From the NCBI GenBank assembly GCA_050177605.1, contig JBFXGX010000002.1, positions 88,114 to 152,113 on the forward strand: a DNA stretch of 64,000 bases. Direction: 5' to 3'. The notes under the pieces are model-generated. The model was not told the DNA's origin. It saw only the letters and a program-made list of their open reading frames with translations, and made no database searches. The DNA comes from Candidatus Izemoplasmatales bacterium (GTDB lineage Bacteria; Bacillota_I; Bacilli_A; Izemoplasmatales; Hujiaoplasmataceae). Of this stretch, positions 60,105-64,000 are shown in pieces. The stretch's first letter is position 1; every line of letters starts with the position of its first letter. A program made the position numbers and the translations under genes.

Positions 60105-62529
60105 TCTATTTATGGTCGTCGATGCGTCAATCAAAGGTAGTTTTAATAAATTGACCAGACATCGTATGCCCGGAGCACTCCCTTTTGGTGCGAAGTATCG
60201 ATTAATTGATTTTACATTATCCAACTGCAAGAATTCTCATATATCCAATGTGGCAATTTTTCCCTATGGGAATTATCGGTCCTTGTCCGACCATATTGGT
60301 TCAGGTGACCGATGGGATTTGAATCGAAGAAGAGATGGAATTTTTATTCTTCCTCCGAAAAATCAAAACTTAACTATTGATGATTCGATTAGTTTTCAAC
60401 GGATGTATGAACATATTGAATATTTCTTAAGAAGTAATCAAGAGTATGTAATCGTTAGTCCCGCAAATATCGTGTGGAATATTGATTATCAAGTATTACT
60501 TCATAGTCACTTGGTTGAAAATGCCGATATTACAGAAGTGCTATCGAGTGATCATAAGCGAATTAAAACATTTATTTTATCAAAGAAATTACTTCTTGAT
60601 TATATTATGCATTATGATTCCATCCAATATCGTAATTTATCGGATGTTTTTGATTATGCTCCGAAGTTAAAAAGGAATCCTTATATCTTTACTAACGCTT
60701 GTTTTTATATTGAAAGCCCCTATGATTTATATACAGCCAATATGCAATTATTATTACCAGAAATTAGAAATCAATTATTTCATAAACAACGTAGTATCCT
60801 TTCAAAAGAGACAATGTCTGCCGCATCGAGATATACAGAAGACTCAAGTTGTAAAAATTCGATTGTTGCTTCTGGAGCCATTATTGAAGGCCACGTTGAG
60901 AATTCCATTATTGGTCGTAAAGCCCACATTAAAAAAGGTGCGATTATTCGGAATAGTGTCATCATGAATCAATGTAATGTGGAAGAGAACGCTGTTGTTG
61001 AGTACGCAGTCCTAGACAAAGAGACCCATGTGTTAAAAGACGCAAATGTACATGGAGATTATCAACATTTATTCGTTTCAGAGAAGAAACAAATCGTAAT
61101 TTCTGATCAAGAAATTAATGTTGTTCAAATTGCCTCAGAGTGTTGGCCTTTTATCAAAACTGGTGGCTTAGCGGATGTAGTTGGATCTTTAGCTGAGAAC
61201 TATGCGTATCAAGGAGTAATCTCTTCAGTGATGATGCCTCTTTATCCTAAAATTAAAGAAAAATATTCTTTATTTTTGGAGCCTAGAGTAGATATTTCCA
61301 TTGCTTATGGCGATGATACTTATAAAACATCAATCTATTCCTATGTCGATAAAAACACGGTCTATTATTTCGTTGAATCTTACGATTTCTTTGATCGTGA
61401 AAAAGTCTACGGTTATCAAGATGATGGTGATAGGTTTGCGTTTTTTAATCTTGCTTGTGTGAGGTTTATTGAAATTCTCGAAATTGAACCGAATATCATT
61501 CACTTGCATGACTGGCATACAGGACTGATTCCGCTGATTTTAGCAGAAAGCTGTAAAAAAGAAATATTGACTTTGATGACGATTCATAATATTGAATATC
61601 AAGGAGTTTCTGATGCCGCCATCCTAGAAAAACTAAATCTTAAGTCCGTGACTAGTGAACATAATACGATTAATTTCTTGGAACTTGGGTTATCTCATGC
61701 GACCAATATTTCAACAGTATCCGAAACCTATAAGGATGAGTTAAAATATGAGTATTACAGTAAAAATCTTGTCGATATTATCAATAAACGAGAAAGAGAT
61801 TTTTATGGTATTCTTAATGGGTTGAATGATGAAATCAATCCAAAGAAAGATTTAACCATTTTACAAAAATATAATTTAATTAATGTGTTTGAAGCAAAAA
61901 AAGCGAATAAACTTGATCTCCAACAAAAGGTTGGATTAAGACAAGGAGAACAGTACTTTATCGCTGGCATGGTAACGCGCATTGTCGAGCAAAAAGGTTT
62001 TGATATTTTAATTCAAGCCCTCGATGAGTTTTTAGAGGATCCTTCTACTGAATTTGTCATATTAGGGACTGGCGATAAGAAGTATACGGATAGACTTGAA
62101 ATAATCAAAGCTAAATACGGTGACAGAGTGAGTTTAAATCTTGTATACGACGCAACTGAACCAAGTTATATTTATGCTGGCGCTGATTGTTTCTTAATGC
62201 CTTCTCGCTATGAACCTTGCGGTATTGGACAGATGATTGCTTTAAAATATGGAACCATCCCTATTGTAAGACAAACCGGAGGGTTAAATGATACTGTGGA
62301 TCATTTTGATGCCCTTACAAAAAGAGGGAATGGTTTTAAATTCTACAATTATGACGCACGAGATTTGCTGTTCCAAATGAGGCATGCAAACTCGCTCTTT
62401 GTTAATCAAAAAGTTGTTTGGAAGCAATTAATCATCAACGCGATGAACTCTAGATTTTCTCTTGAAGATAGCGCAAAATCATATATTGAATTATATCGAA
62501 TGATGCTTTCAAAAAATAGGAATCAGTAA
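60097..62529 (+). CDS. glgD-glgA: Fusion protein: GlgD (ADP-glucose pyrophosphorylase regulatory subunit) plus glycogen synthase GlgA
   Basis: N-terminal LTRHRMPGALPFGAKYRLIDFTLSN and beta-helix, then from about 61114 ASECWPFIKTGGLADV, HDWHTG, TIHN, EQKG, MPSRYEPCG in one frame. GTG start at 60097 after AGGTG. Confidence 0.9.
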   Translation: MNNLFMVVDASIKGSFNKLTRHRMPGALPFGAKYRLIDFTLSNCKNSHISNVAIFPYGNYRSLSDHIGSGDRWDLNRRRDGIFILPPKNQNLTIDDSISFQRMYEHIEYFLRSNQEYVIVSPANIVWNIDYQVLLHSHLVENADITEVLSSDHKRIKTFILSKKLLLDYIMHYDSIQYRNLSDVFDYAPKLKRNPYIFTNACFYIESPYDLYTANMQLLLPEIRNQLFHKQRSILSKETMSAASRYTEDSSCKNSIVASGAIIEGHVENSIIGRKAHIKKGAIIRNSVIMNQCNVEENAVVEYAVLDKETHVLKDANVHGDYQHLFVSEKKQIVISDQEINVVQIASECWPFIKTGGLADVVGSLAENYAYQGVISSVMMPLYPKIKEKYSLFLEPRVDISIAYGDDTYKTSIYSYVDKNTVYYFVESYDFFDREKVYGYQDDGDRFAFFNLACVRFIEILEIEPNIIHLHDWHTGLIPLILAESCKKEILTLMTIHNIEYQGVSDAAILEKLNLKSVTSEHNTINFLELGLSHATNISTVSETYKDELKYEYYSKNLVDIINKRERDFYGILNGLNDEINPKKDLTILQKYNLINVFEAKKANKLDLQQKVGLRQGEQYFIAGMVTRIVEQKGFDILIQALDEFLEDPSTEFVILGTGDKKYTDRLEIIKAKYGDRVSLNLVYDATEPSYIYAGADCFLMPSRYEPCGIGQMIALKYGTIPIVRQTGGLNDTVDHFDALTKRGNGFKFYNYDARDLLFQMRHANSLFVNQKVVWKQLIINAMNSRFSLEDSAKSYIELYRMMLSKNRNQ

Positions 62530-62600
62530 CCGTTATCATATGGTTACCATTAAGAAATGCATTCACTTTATGATAAAATGACTTTGGTGAGGTGTTATAG

Positions 62601-64000
62601 ATGAATACAGGAGTATTTAAATCAAAAGAAACATTTAAAAAGGCATTTACAGAACGCTTGAAAAATACCTATTTAACAACAGTAGCAGATTCGAGTGTTC
62701 GTGAAAGATATAATGTACTAGGTACTTTGACGAGAGAGGCCATCGCAAGTGATTGGATGAAAACGAATCAATTACTTGTGAAAAAAGAGAGTCGTCAAGT
62801 ACATTATTTTTCAATGGAATTTTTAATGGGTAGACTAATCACAAACAATCTCATGAACTTAGGTGTTCGTGATGTTTGCGAAGCAGCTTTCAATGAACTT
62901 GGACTAGAGATAAATGAAGTTGAGGCATATGAACCAGATCCAGGACTTGGAAATGGTGGATTAGGTCGTCTAGCAGCTTGTTATTTAGATTCAATGGCTT
63001 CCCAAGGTATTCCAGGATTCGGACATTGTATTCGGTATCGTTATGGATTGTTTAGACAAAAAATTAAAAATGGTTATCAAGAAGAACGTCCGGATAACTG
63101 GTTAAGTGATGGCTACGTTTGGGAAATTCGCAAAGAGGAAGAAGCGGAAGATATTCCATTTTTCGGCTATGTGAATTATGAAGAAGGTATGGTCTATCAT
63201 CCTGATGAATATATTCGTGCAGTTCCATATGATGTTCCGATTATTGGAGATCATAATGGAATGGTGACTTATCTTCGTTTATGGAACGCTGAACCATCTC
63301 GTAAATATCCAAAAAATGGTTCTGCTTTTGAGTATGAAACAAAACTACAAAGTATTTCTGGATTCCTTTACCCTGATGATACAACTGATGATGGTAAAAG
63401 ACTCCGTTTGATGCAACAATATTTCTTTAGTTCTGCAGGTGTAAAAAGCGTGTGCCGTAAGCACAAGGAAATGTATGGTACACTTTCAAATTTACATGAA
63501 AAGAATGTTTTCCATATCAATGATACCCATCCTACGCTGATTATTCCTGAATTGATGAGAATTTTACTTGATGAAGAAAAAATGGAGTGGGATGAAGCTT
63601 GGAATATCGTCACTAAATCGACTGCTTATACTAATCATACAATATTAGCTGAAGCACTCGAAAAGTGGCCGATTTCAATTATGCAACCACTTTTACCACG
63701 AATTTATCAATTGATTGAAGAAATCAATCGTCGTTTCTATCATGATCTTTTAGAACAAAAAGGTTATGGTGAAATTGACAAAATAAATCGTTTAGCGATT
63801 ATTGGTGATGGAAGAGTTAGAATGGCTCATCTATGTATCATTGCCTCTTTCTCTGTGAATGGCGTCGCAAAACTTCATACGGATATCTTAAAAAATATCG
63901 AAATGAAAGATTTCTATGAACTTTATCCATACAAGTTCGTGAATGTCACAAATGGCATTACCCATCGTCGATGGTTATTACATTCAAACAAAGAATTAAC
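62601..64000 (+). CDS. glgP: Glycogen/starch phosphorylase (3'-truncated by window edge; absent from the ORF track)
   Basis: ATG at 62601 after GAGGTG; translates MNTGVFKSKE..., YFSMEFLMGR, DPGLGNGGLGRLAAC, LYPDD, INDTHP, YTNHT, VTNGITHRRW. Confidence 0.95.
   Translation, partial: MNTGVFKSKETFKKAFTERLKNTYLTTVADSSVRERYNVLGTLTREAIASDWMKTNQLLVKKESRQVHYFSMEFLMGRLITNNLMNLGVRDVCEAAFNELGLEINEVEAYEPDPGLGNGGLGRLAACYLDSMASQGIPGFGHCIRYRYGLFRQKIKNGYQEERPDNWLSDGYVWEIRKEEEAEDIPFFGYVNYEEGMVYHPDEYIRAVPYDVPIIGDHNGMVTYLRLWNAEPSRKYPKNGSAFEYETKLQSISGFLYPDDTTDDGKRLRLMQQYFFSSAGVKSVCRKHKEMYGTLSNLHEKNVFHINDTHPTLIIPELMRILLDEEKMEWDEAWNIVTKSTAYTNHTILAEALEKWPISIMQPLLPRIYQLIEEINRRFYHDLLEQKGYGEIDKINRLAIIGDGRVRMAHLCIIASFSVNGVAKLHTDILKNIEMKDFYELYPYKFVNVTNGITHRRWLLHSNKEL

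Noticed and set aside
308..63613. Many 60-125 aa ORFs antisense or out of frame within long genes
   Set aside because: They are nested in well-supported CDSs and show no recognisable motifs; expected by chance.
1..64000. CRISPR array, IS element, prophage, defence system, rRNA
   Set aside because: No spaced repeats and no transposase, integrase or phage-like ORFs seen; intergenic gaps are short and explained by promoters, terminators and leaders.

Overview
AT-rich, densely coding window, almost all on the + strand, using the standard genetic code (TGA is a stop and prfB is present). Gene order is Bacilli-like and there are several Thr-tethered lipoproteins; my inference is a free-living Mollicutes relative such as Izemoplasmatales or Acholeplasmatales. 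In order it holds: the end of a polysaccharide-uptake locus (NHL/TPR/YIP1 protein, DUF5696-like protein, two ABC permeases, GH16 lipoprotein); a VTC-domain/DUF4956 pair; a PucR-like regulator with msmX; a comK-like gene; pgk-XRE/cupin-HPr-like-tpiA; rpsD with a structured leader; msrC; thiI-GNAT-pepF; a beta-propeller lipoprotein; a 1726-aa triple-repeat lipoprotein; the rimP-nusA-infB-rbfA operon; uvrC; a DEDDh exonuclease; rnj; tRNA-Leu(UAA); priA-fmt; pgpA, a degenerate HD-GYP membrane protein and metK; ytqAB; T-box leuS; comFA-comFC-like-hpf-secA-prfB; yitT-recX; and glycogen genes. I saw no mobile element, CRISPR array or rRNA. The most unusual items are an in-frame GlgD-GlgA fusion, the VTC/DUF4956 pair, the catalytically dead HD-GYP membrane protein, the giant repeat lipoprotein, a divergent ComK/ComF set, a frameshift-less prfB with scarce TGA stops, a Cys-rich PGK tail and an Arg17-to-Glu HPr variant. 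All family calls come from manual motif recognition; no searches were run.
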